Source of the DNA: Clostridia bacterium
GTDB lineage: Bacteria; Bacillota; Clostridia; Oscillospirales; Acutalibacteraceae
Direction of reading: 5' to 3'
Assembly: GCA_017623315.1 (NCBI GenBank)
Contig: JAGAPJ010000012.1
Location: 1 to 54,658, forward strand
DNA: 54,658 nucleotides
The first letter of the stretch is position 1, and every line of letters begins with the position of its first letter. The notes beneath the pieces are model-generated. The model made no database searches. It was not told the DNA's origin and saw only the letters and a list, made by a program, of their open reading frames with translations. Shown piece by piece: positions 44,968 through 53,426 of this stretch. The position numbers were made by a program, and so were the translations under genes.

Positions 44968-46124
44968 TGCTTTACAACCTACGTGCAGACATTATTTATT
45001 ACAAATCAGGCTCGGATTTCGAGCTTGAATTTAATCTTTGCGGTTGTTGCCGTATGCGCCTTTTAACCGATAAACCCTCAAATAAAAAGGCTTTCGTACA
45101 TTCTCTTGCCCGTGCTGTTTCACGCAGCCGTGTAATCTTAATTGCAGGTCCGCTTTTTGGTGCTGATAACACAATTGCGACCGTAGCCCAAGCACTCGGC
45201 ACCACAACCGAAGCGGTTGATAACAGCGCATACAATATTGCAAGCGATGATGAAATCGAAATTATTAAAGGTTCACTTCCATTGGTTGCAAGTGATGGCT
45301 CCTTTGGTGGCTGTATAATTGAAAGCGGTCCCCAAACAATGATTTTATTAACCGATAATAAAACCCTTCGCAAAAACATTATGTCAAACCTTATTCACCC
45401 CTATGTGTCTGAGCTATATTCTGCTGAATTAAAGGCAAATTCTAATCCTGCACCCGCTAAGGTTGACACCACAGCAGAAGGAACCTTAAATACACAGGAA
45501 GAAACAGTTGATATTGTAGAGTCTACCCCCGAAATCATTGAAGAACAACCAATTTTTGAAGAAACGGTCGAACCCGCACCGTTGGTAACCGACGAGGCAT
45601 TAGATAGCGAAAATGAAATAATTGCCGACAGCCTTGTTTTAGAGGAGGACGCATTAAACGTGCCTTATCAAGCTCGGTCTAATGATTTAAGCTTTGACGA
45701 CCTTATTAGCGATTCTGATGAGGTTGTTGTTCCTCAAAAGCTTAATAATGAAATCGACCAAACACAAATTATTTTGGAAGATGTAGACAACAAAGAGCAC
45801 GTATTCCCCGAAGAATACGAACAGGTTTTCAGCGAAATGTTTACCGATGATATTAACAATGCACCTAAGGCTGAGGATTATTTAAATCGCAATTCACAAC
45901 CTGACGGATACCAATTCTTTAATGACGACGGCGAAATTATGGACGACACCGAAGTGATAATTGAAAACCGCACTTCGCGCCTTAGCATTGCCACAGCAAT
46001 AATTACAGCTATTTTACTGCTTTCAATTATTGTATTATGCTACTGTATATTCTCGGCTTCAGCTAACGACGGTATGGCGCCTGCTGAATATATCCGTAGC
46101 GTTTGGCAAACAGTTTTCGGTTAA
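44967..46124 (+). CDS. Hypothetical protein: degenerate CinA-N/MoCF-like domain, long acidic linker and a C-terminal TM anchor
   Basis: 385 aa. RVILIAGPLFGADNTIATVAQALG ... GGCIIESGPQTMILL resembles the CinA N-domain. The start overlaps the upstream stop by 1 nt. Confidence 0.6.
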   Translation: MLYNLRADIIYYKSGSDFELEFNLCGCCRMRLLTDKPSNKKAFVHSLARAVSRSRVILIAGPLFGADNTIATVAQALGTTTEAVDNSAYNIASDDEIEIIKGSLPLVASDGSFGGCIIESGPQTMILLTDNKTLRKNIMSNLIHPYVSELYSAELKANSNPAPAKVDTTAEGTLNTQEETVDIVESTPEIIEEQPIFEETVEPAPLVTDEALDSENEIIADSLVLEEDALNVPYQARSNDLSFDDLISDSDEVVVPQKLNNEIDQTQIILEDVDNKEHVFPEEYEQVFSEMFTDDINNAPKAEDYLNRNSQPDGYQFFNDDGEIMDDTEVIIENRTSRLSIATAIITAILLLSIIVLCYCIFSASANDGMAPAEYIRSVWQTVFG

Positions 46125-46155
46125 TTTACACTATTTATAAAAAGGCGGTGATAAT

Positions 46156-46866
46156 TTGCTTAACAAAAAAGCTGTACGCTACACACTTATTGCGATTTTG
46201 TCGGTAGTATTTGTTTTTTCATCAGTTATGCTAATTAAAACCGTTTATGAAAACCAAAAATCCAAACAGCAGTTTGATGAATTAGCACAGCTTATCACCC
46301 TGCCCGATACCAAGGAAAACGATAGCACCACAACAAGTGAAACCAGTACCCCCACTACAAATACACCGACTCTTCAACCCATAACACGCAATATTGCACT
46401 TTTAAATGAACGCAATAGCGACTGTGTAGGTTGGGTATATATAAAAGGGACGAAGGTTAATTACCCCGTTATGTACACACCTGATAAGCCCGAAAAATAC
46501 CTAAAGCGTGATTTTTACGGCAGAATTATGGGAAGTGGTACGCCGTTTATTGATGCCCGTTGTGACCTTGACAGCAAAAACATTATAATTTACGGTCATA
46601 ATATGAAAAACCTTACAATGTTTGGCGGTCTTAGAAAATACCTTGATGAAAGCTATTTAAAAGCCCACTCCACCATTGAATTTGAAACGCTGATGGGCTG
46701 TACTAAATACGATATTATTGAGGTGCGCAAAACCGATATTAAGGATAGCTGGTTTACACATAATTTAGGTGGCGAAAGTGATGATAACGAATACCTTACA
46801 CTTTCCACCTGCTATGGCAGTAATAAAAATTCCCGTTTACTTATAATTGCAGTAAAACAAAAATAG
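46156..46866 (+). CDS. srtB: Class B sortase
   Basis: 236 aa with an N-terminal TM and GTKVNYPVMY, IIIYGHNM, LTLSTC (catalytic Cys) motifs. Confidence 0.88.
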   Translation: MLNKKAVRYTLIAILSVVFVFSSVMLIKTVYENQKSKQQFDELAQLITLPDTKENDSTTTSETSTPTTNTPTLQPITRNIALLNERNSDCVGWVYIKGTKVNYPVMYTPDKPEKYLKRDFYGRIMGSGTPFIDARCDLDSKNIIIYGHNMKNLTMFGGLRKYLDESYLKAHSTIEFETLMGCTKYDIIEVRKTDIKDSWFTHNLGGESDDNEYLTLSTCYGSNKNSRLLIIAVKQK

Positions 46867-46893
46867 AACAATAAATTAGGGGGGATATTTAGG

Positions 46894-49857
46894 TTGTTAA
46901 GAGTTGAAAATTTAACCAAAATTTACAAAACTAAAAAAGGCGCCGACGTTCACGCACTTGACGGTGTGACACTTCAATTTTCCGAAAAGGGTATGGTTTT
47001 TCTTTTGGGTAAAAGCGGTAGCGGTAAATCCACCCTTTTAAACGTTTGCGGCGGTCTTGACGCACCTACAAGCGGTGAAATTATTGTAAAGGGCCGCAGT
47101 AGCAAGGACTTTTCACAAGCCGATTTTGACAGCTACCGCAACACCTTTATTGGCTTTATTTTCCAAGAATATAATATTCTTAACGAATTTTCGGTTGAGG
47201 ATAATATTGCTTTAGCACTTGAACTTCAAGGAAAGTCTAAAGACAAAAAGGCAATTAAAGCCCTTTTAGAAGAGGTTGACCTGCAGGGCTTTGCAAAGCG
47301 TAAGCCTAATACCCTTTCAGGCGGTCAAAAACAGCGTATTGCTATTGCCCGCGCACTTATAAAGTCACCCGAAATTATTATGGCAGACGAGCCGACAGGC
47401 GCGCTTGACTCTAACACAGGTAAGCAGGTATTAGACACCCTTAAAAAGCTCTCACAAAATAAGTTGGTTATTGTTGTTTCACATGACCGCGAATTTGCCG
47501 AGCTTTACGGTGACCGTATTATTGAGCTTAAAGACGGTAAGGTTATTTCGGACGTTACAAAGGGCGTCGCTAATGAAAAAGCCTTAAGCGAAAACATTAA
47601 TACCATTGGCGATATGCTTTGCATTAAAAACGGTAGCGAATTAACCGAAAGCGAATTTGAAAAAATTAAAGCCTTTTTGAAAAAGTCTAAAAGCGATATA
47701 ATTATTGCACAAAACGAAAAAGACGTTAAGAACTTTAAAAAGATTAACCGTATTAACGACGACGGACAAAAGGAAATTTTTGCCGACACTGACGAAAGCA
47801 AGCTATCAGAAAAGGAATACACCAAGGAAGAAAGCCGTTTTATTCGTTCGCGTCTGCCCTTTCGTCACGCCTTTAAAATTGGTGTTTCAAGCCTTCGCTT
47901 AAAGCCAATACGGTTGCTTTTCACTATTTTGCTCTGCACCGTTGCCTTTACCCTTTTAGGCTTACTTTCCACCCTTAATTTTTACAACAGCGAAGCTACC
48001 TTTAAGGAAACCCTTTCGGATATAAGCATTTCAAACGTTCAACTTCGCAAGGAATATTTGACTACAACCATTTGGTATGAAAAGGACGAAAAACGTAACG
48101 AATATGAGAGCTGGGAAATTGGCAAATTTAACAATGCTGAAATTAAAGAGCTTGCAGGCAAATTTGGCAAGGACGCTTTCGGTGGTCTTAATATTGGCGG
48201 AAACTTTAATTTGCGTGTAAACAATTCACAATATTGGTTAAACAGCATTGTTGCCTACGCCCACTTGCCTGAAAATAATTCATTACGCCAAAGCATAACG
48301 GGTACATACCCTAAAAACGCAAACGAGATTATGATTACTTCGTATATTGCAAATATGTTTATGGAATGTCAGGCGGTTGACAGTAACTCTAACCTAATTG
48401 AAGCGACCGACCGCGCACAGCTTATTGGCAAAAAAATTGGTCTTCAAGGCGAAGCCTATACAATTACGGGCATTTTAGAAACAGGCGAAGTTCCTGCGGA
48501 ATATGAACCCCTAAAAACCGCTACTGAAGAGGATTACAACCTTCAAAGTAAGCTTCGCACATATTTTGACAGCAGTCTTCACGGCATAGTTTTTACTACC
48601 GAGGACCGCATACAAAAGCTTGCCGCGCAAAACACAGGTTGGAAAGAAAGTATAGTTAACTATACCCGTGTTGTTTCCGCCTTAAAGCTTGACGGTAAAT
48701 ATACATACCCCGAATACGCCAACGCTAACTATATGCGCCCCGGCGACCTCAATAATGGCTATAAGCTCTATTCACCCGACGGTTTAACTGTCCCAGATAA
48801 CAACCAAGCCTTCATCACAAGCGAATTTTTAGGCAACATAGTAAGCGAAGCATATTGGAAGCTTATTGAGAACGCTGATATGAACGAAAATTATGAGCTT
48901 TCTGAAAAATACCGCAAGGTGACCGAAATTGCCGATCAAGTCCGCAACGGTGGTGTTTATAGTTGGAATGAAGCCGACAAAACCGATAACTTCACCCCAT
49001 TTACCGAAGCGCAGCTTAAAGTAAAGATTAACGAGCTTTTCAAGGCTGTTAAACGTGATAAAGTTTCATTAAAACTTGGTATTAAAGCTTATAATGACAA
49101 TAATCAATCGGTTGTTGGTACACAAAACGAGCTTACCGTTGTAGGTGTTGCTTATAAGACCGTCGCTTCTGAACACAGTGGTGAAAACAGCATTATTTTA
49201 AATGATGCAACCTTTAATAAGCTTTGGGATGAACAAAAGGACTTTATTGATTTTTACGGTGAAACCAAAACCGATTACGTTGAGCCAGAAAACGCATTCT
49301 ATACCACCGCAGTTATTCCCTTTAAATACGACCAAGCGGTTGTAGATGAATATTGGAACATTTACAACAATGAAGAATTTGACGAAAAAGCTACACGTCT
49401 TGGCATATCAAGCTCATTTATTTATAATTTGCAAATGGTTGATGATATGGTAGAGGGTCTATCAAAGGTGTTCCTTTACGTTGGTCTTGTTTTCGCATTA
49501 TTTGCAGCACTTTTACTTTCTAACTTTATATCAGTTTCAATTTCCAATAAAAAGCGTGAAATTGGTATACTTCGTGCAGTAGGCGCCCGCGGTACCGACG
49601 TTTTTAAAATCTTCTTCTCGGAATCTTTTGTAATTACCGCAATTTGTGTTGCACTTTCAACAATTGCAAGCATTCTTGTTTGCGGTCTTATTAACGGCGA
49701 AACCGCAAGATATATCGGTGCATCACTCTTTGTATTCGGTATTTTATCATTTTTCATCATGGTTTTAATTGCACTTGTTACCGCAATTATCGCAACCTTC
49801 TTACCCGTTTACAACGCCGCACGCAAAAAGCCCGTTGACTCTATCCGTTCACTTTAA
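46894..49857 (+). CDS. Fused ABC transporter: ATP-binding domain plus FtsX/MacB-type permease with a very large extracytoplasmic domain
   Basis: 987 aa with Walker A GKSGSGKST, signature LSGGQKQR and Walker B IIMADEPT, one TM near aa 335, then about 500 aa, then a C-terminal FtsX 3-TM bundle. Confidence 0.9.
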   Translation: MLRVENLTKIYKTKKGADVHALDGVTLQFSEKGMVFLLGKSGSGKSTLLNVCGGLDAPTSGEIIVKGRSSKDFSQADFDSYRNTFIGFIFQEYNILNEFSVEDNIALALELQGKSKDKKAIKALLEEVDLQGFAKRKPNTLSGGQKQRIAIARALIKSPEIIMADEPTGALDSNTGKQVLDTLKKLSQNKLVIVVSHDREFAELYGDRIIELKDGKVISDVTKGVANEKALSENINTIGDMLCIKNGSELTESEFEKIKAFLKKSKSDIIIAQNEKDVKNFKKINRINDDGQKEIFADTDESKLSEKEYTKEESRFIRSRLPFRHAFKIGVSSLRLKPIRLLFTILLCTVAFTLLGLLSTLNFYNSEATFKETLSDISISNVQLRKEYLTTTIWYEKDEKRNEYESWEIGKFNNAEIKELAGKFGKDAFGGLNIGGNFNLRVNNSQYWLNSIVAYAHLPENNSLRQSITGTYPKNANEIMITSYIANMFMECQAVDSNSNLIEATDRAQLIGKKIGLQGEAYTITGILETGEVPAEYEPLKTATEEDYNLQSKLRTYFDSSLHGIVFTTEDRIQKLAAQNTGWKESIVNYTRVVSALKLDGKYTYPEYANANYMRPGDLNNGYKLYSPDGLTVPDNNQAFITSEFLGNIVSEAYWKLIENADMNENYELSEKYRKVTEIADQVRNGGVYSWNEADKTDNFTPFTEAQLKVKINELFKAVKRDKVSLKLGIKAYNDNNQSVVGTQNELTVVGVAYKTVASEHSGENSIILNDATFNKLWDEQKDFIDFYGETKTDYVEPENAFYTTAVIPFKYDQAVVDEYWNIYNNEEFDEKATRLGISSSFIYNLQMVDDMVEGLSKVFLYVGLVFALFAALLLSNFISVSISNKKREIGILRAVGARGTDVFKIFFSESFVITAICVALSTIASILVCGLINGETARYIGASLFVFGILSFFIMVLIALVTAIIATFLPVYNAARKKPVDSIRSL

Positions 49858-49867
49858 TAATTAATTT

Positions 49868-49915
49868 AACCGCGGCGGAAAATTTCAGTGGAAAATTTCC
49901 ACCGCGGTTTTTTAT
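49868..49915 (+). terminator. Rho-independent terminator
   Basis: Stem aaccgcgg.ggaaa / tttcc.ccgcggtt followed by tttttt. Confidence 0.85.
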
Positions 49916-49916
49916 T

Positions 49917-50147
49917 CCAATTATAGTTTGTCGGGGAGATAAAATTGACAAATTTAGCCTTCTCCAGCGGAGAAGGTGCCGAGTATACGAGGCGGATGAG
50001 GAGAGCACTTAAGCAGAATCTTTTATTATTCTCCTCATCCACCAAACTTGCGTTTGGTCCCCCTTCCCCGCTGGGGAAGGCTTGATTTATACAATAATTC
50101 CGAATTACGCATTCAGAATTGGGCGTCAGCCCCGTAAATCCAAATTT
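49917..50147. repeat. Nested-palindromic GC-rich intergenic element, copy D
   Basis: Hairpins at 49958-49976, 49996-50038, 50042-50057 and 50062-80, collinear with copy C. Ends ccaattatagtttgtcg / cgtaaatccaaattt. Confidence 0.85.
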
Positions 50148-50213
50148 ATTTTCCTATGGAAATTTAATGCAAAATAGTATATAATATAATCACAAACCGA
50201 AAGGAGAATTCAT

Positions 50214-50522
50214 ATGGCAGTTATTGAAATCAATAAAAGCAATTTTAACACGGTTATAAATACCGATAAAAAAATACTTGTGGACTTTTTTGCAACCTGG
50301 TGTGGCCCTTGCCGTATGGTGTCCCCCATTGTTGATGAAATAGCCGAGGAACATCCCGAAATTGTTGTTGCAAAGGTTGACGTTGACAAAAGCCCCGAGC
50401 TTGCAGCTGAGTTTAATGTTATGAGCATTCCCACTCTTGTTGTTATTAAGGACAAAAAGGTTATTAATCAATCGGCAGGCGCACGCCCCAAGGCACAAAT
50501 TTTGGCAATGCTTGAAGGTTAA
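50214..50522 (+). CDS. trxA: Thioredoxin
   Basis: 102 aa with the WCGPC active site. Confidence 0.95.
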   Translation: MAVIEINKSNFNTVINTDKKILVDFFATWCGPCRMVSPIVDEIAEEHPEIVVAKVDVDKSPELAAEFNVMSIPTLVVIKDKKVINQSAGARPKAQILAMLEG

Positions 50523-50526
50523 TAAA

Positions 50527-51447
50527 ATGGACAAGCCTTACGACATTATTATTATAGGTGGCGGTCCTGCGGGCTATACGGCGGCGCTTTATGCCTCACG
50601 CGCAGGGCTTAGCACACTTGTACTTGAAAAAATAGCGGTTGGCGGTCAAATGTCACTTACAGGCGATATTGACAACTACCCAGGATTTGAAGAAGGTGTT
50701 GACGGCTTCACCTTAGGAATGAAAATGCAACAATCGGCCGAACGCTTTGGTGCCAAAACCGAATATGACGAGGTTTTATCGGTTGATTTTTCGCAAAAAA
50801 TAAAGCAAATTAAAACCCTTATGGGCGAATATTCGGCAAAGGCAGTTATTATTGCCACAGGTGCAAACCCCAAAAAATTAGGGCTTGAAAAAGAAGACAC
50901 CCTTACAGGCAGGGGTATACACTATTGCGCCCATTGTGACGGCAGGTTTTATAAGGACAAAATCGTTGCAGTTATAGGTGGCGGTAATTCGGCAGTAAGT
51001 GATGCACTTTACCTGTCAAACCTTGCCAAAAAGGTTTATCTTATCCACCGCCGTGATACTTTAAGGGCAACAAACGTTTACAAAGCGCCACTTGAAAAAG
51101 CCAAAAATATTGAATTTTTGTGGAACACTGCTCTTACAGACGTTGTGTTCGACCAAAAGGTTATCGCAGCAGAAATAAAAAATTTAAAAACAAATGAAAC
51201 AAGCGGTTTAGCACTTGACGGTGTTTTTATAAGCATTGGCAGAAGTCCCGCAAGTGAATTATTTAAGGATATCTTAAATATTGACGAATACGGCTATATT
51301 ATTGCCAACGAAACCACAAAAACCAATATAGATGGGGTTTACGCTATCGGTGATGTTCGTACAAAGGCGCTCCGTCAGGTTGTTACCGCTGTGGGTGATG
51401 GCGCAACCGCCGTTCACTTTGCAGAAGAATATATTGCAAATTTTTGA
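50527..51447 (+). CDS. trxB: Thioredoxin-disulfide reductase
   Basis: I chose the ATG at 50527 (MDKPYDIIIIGGGPAGY). Has the CAHCDG redox motif. The track ORF starts 90 nt upstream, inside trxA. Confidence 0.93.
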   Translation: MDKPYDIIIIGGGPAGYTAALYASRAGLSTLVLEKIAVGGQMSLTGDIDNYPGFEEGVDGFTLGMKMQQSAERFGAKTEYDEVLSVDFSQKIKQIKTLMGEYSAKAVIIATGANPKKLGLEKEDTLTGRGIHYCAHCDGRFYKDKIVAVIGGGNSAVSDALYLSNLAKKVYLIHRRDTLRATNVYKAPLEKAKNIEFLWNTALTDVVFDQKVIAAEIKNLKTNETSGLALDGVFISIGRSPASELFKDILNIDEYGYIIANETTKTNIDGVYAIGDVRTKALRQVVTAVGDGATAVHFAEEYIANF

Positions 51448-51513
51448 AACATTCTTGAAAAAACATAATGAAACGGTTATAATATATTTAAACTTAGTTT
51501 GGAGGTTTTAATA

Positions 51514-51672
51514 ATGAAAAAATATGTTTGCGACCTTTGTGGTTGGGTTTATGATGAAGAATTAGGCGCTGAAGAATGCGGTATTGCCGCAGGCACCAAG
51601 TTTGAAGATTTACCTGACGATTTTGCTTGTCCCCTTTGCGGTGCCGGCAAAGACCAATTTTCAGAGGAATAA
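51514..51672 (+). CDS. Rubredoxin
   Basis: Translated by hand; it is below the track cut-off. Sequence [18 protein letters not shown]...[16 protein letters not shown] (52 aa) with two CxxC pairs, following ggagg. Confidence 0.9.
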   Translation: MKKYVCDLCGWVYDEELGAEECGIAAGTKFEDLPDDFACPLCGAGKDQFSEE

Positions 51673-51678
51673 AAAACA

Positions 51679-51705
51679 GCCTTGGCAATGCCAAGGCATT
51701 TTTTA
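51679..51705 (+). terminator. Rho-independent terminator
   Basis: Stem gccttggc/gccaaggc followed by atttttt. Confidence 0.85.
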
Positions 51706-51720
51706 AATAATGGTGATTAA

Positions 51721-52473
51721 ATGAAACTTGTACTACTAACCGCTGCAGGTGTTGGCGGAGCAACCGTTTTCGGTGCACTTATAGGCTTTATTTTTAAAAA
51801 GCTTTCACACAAATTTTCAGATATTATTATTTCCTTTGCTGCAGGTGTAATGCTTGCCGCAGCGGTTTTAGGCCTTGTTTTGCCATCGGTCGAATATGGC
51901 GGCAAATTTGGGCTTTTATATGCCGTTACAGGCATTTTCACGGGTGCATTATGTCTTAACCTTATTGATAAGCTTGTGCCCCATATGCACAAAATTATAG
52001 GCGCAGACGCCGAACAGCACCCAAACGCCAATTTAAGCAAGGTTTTGCTTTTTATAACCGCTATTGCAATACATAATCTTCCTGAAGGTATTGCGGCAGG
52101 TGTCGGCTTTGGCTCGGGCGATACCTCGCAAGCCCTTTTAATTGCGGGCGGTATTGCGCTTCAAAACATTCCTGAAGGTATGGTAATTATCGGGCCAATG
52201 CTTGCTGCGGGCGCTTCCCCTAAGAAGACCCTTATACTTGCAATGCTCACAGGTGTTGTCGAGGTTGTGGGTACCTTTATCGGCTATTTCGCAGTTAACG
52301 TATCCCAAGCAATTTTGCCCTTTGCACTTGCCTTTGCAGGCGGTACCATGCTTTACGTTATAAGTGATGAAATGATACCCGAAACCCACGCACACGGCAA
52401 CCAGCGCGGTGCAACATACGCCTTGCTCGTCGGCTTTTGTGTAATGCTTGTAAGCGACGTTTTGTTGGGATAA
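51721..52473 (+). CDS. ZIP-family metal transporter (ZupT-like)
   Basis: 250 aa with two HNLPEG/QNIPEG motifs. Confidence 0.88.
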   Translation: MKLVLLTAAGVGGATVFGALIGFIFKKLSHKFSDIIISFAAGVMLAAAVLGLVLPSVEYGGKFGLLYAVTGIFTGALCLNLIDKLVPHMHKIIGADAEQHPNANLSKVLLFITAIAIHNLPEGIAAGVGFGSGDTSQALLIAGGIALQNIPEGMVIIGPMLAAGASPKKTLILAMLTGVVEVVGTFIGYFAVNVSQAILPFALAFAGGTMLYVISDEMIPETHAHGNQRGATYALLVGFCVMLVSDVLLG

Positions 52474-52483
52474 AATATAAAAA

Positions 52484-52511
52484 AATCCTTGAAGGTTTTC
52501 CTTCAAGGATT
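52484..52511. terminator. Bidirectional terminator
   Basis: 12-bp stem aatccttgaagg/ccttcaaggatt. Confidence 0.9.
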
Positions 52512-52520
52512 AAAATAATA

Positions 52521-53309
52521 TCATTTTCCACGGCACTTTAGTGCTTCATATGCAGCATTAATTGCATTGTCTTTGGTGTCATATAATCCGCTTGGGATGA
52601 TGTTAATAGCTGGCGCCCAATAGTACATGCCAAAATAGTCGTCAAAATCTATTTCCATAATGTCATAAGTGTAAGCATTATGATTTTTTAAAATCTCAAT
52701 ATAGCAATCTTCGTTAATGTCAATCACTTCAATAGCATTTGGGTCTACGCTTTTGGGCTGTCGTGTGGTGAAAACGCCCTTGGATTTATCAAACTGCCAC
52801 GTTGTTGAGCGAATGGATTTTTTACCAAATGGGTTAATGAATTCCGAAAGACCGTACCAAGTGTTGCCGATACATTCGTCTTCTCTTCCGTCGTGATAAA
52901 TTACAAAGTATTTTTCAGAAGATAAGGTCTTGCCCTTGTAATATTCAACTTTCTGAATTTTATATTCGAACAACTCTTTCAAAAAGTGTTTTGCACGTTC
53001 GATATAATTTTCTTCTCCATCTTGAAGTTCTGAAGTATAATCCTCAAAATGATAATGGTCGGTGAAATAGTACGCAATAATTTCGTTTTCAAAAACTTCA
53101 AAACCAACATGATTATTAGCATCAATGGTTACAAGATCTGACTTGTAACTGCGATTACGCCAATCTGTGTTATCGGTGGAAATATCAACAATAGCATTTT
53201 CCAAATAAGGCTTTAATACCTCCAACAAAACTGAGGTTATTTCAAAATTCAATTCCCTCACCACCTTTGTGATTATTGTATCACATAAAGAAAACAACCG
53301 CAATCCCAA
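52521..53309 (-). CDS. Hypothetical acidic/aromatic-rich cytoplasmic protein (immunity-protein-like; no family recognised)
   Basis: 262-aa ORF. The real start is probably the TTG at 53252, after aaaggtggtgagg. AT-rich codon usage. Confidence 0.6.
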   Translation of the reverse strand: MGLRLFSLCDTIITKVVRELNFEITSVLLEVLKPYLENAIVDISTDNTDWRNRSYKSDLVTIDANNHVGFEVFENEIIAYYFTDHYHFEDYTSELQDGEENYIERAKHFLKELFEYKIQKVEYYKGKTLSSEKYFVIYHDGREDECIGNTWYGLSEFINPFGKKSIRSTTWQFDKSKGVFTTRQPKSVDPNAIEVIDINEDCYIEILKNHNAYTYDIMEIDFDDYFGMYYWAPAINIIPSGLYDTKDNAINAAYEALKCRGK

Positions 53310-53352
53310 GATTACGGTTGCAATTGAAGACTGACCATAATTTTAATACAAA

Positions 53353-53422
53353 TGCACCCCCTTTTGAAGCAAGGGGGTGCAAAGTTATTTTAGGGGGTGC
53401 ATTTTCTTGTCAGGGGGGTGCA
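53353..53422. repeat. GGGGGTGCA repeat array (three direct copies plus one inverted)
   Basis: Direct copies at 53373-53381, 53393-53401 and 53414-53422. An inverted copy at 53353-53361 forms an 11-bp hairpin with the first direct copy. Confidence 0.8.
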
Positions 53423-53426
53423 ATTT

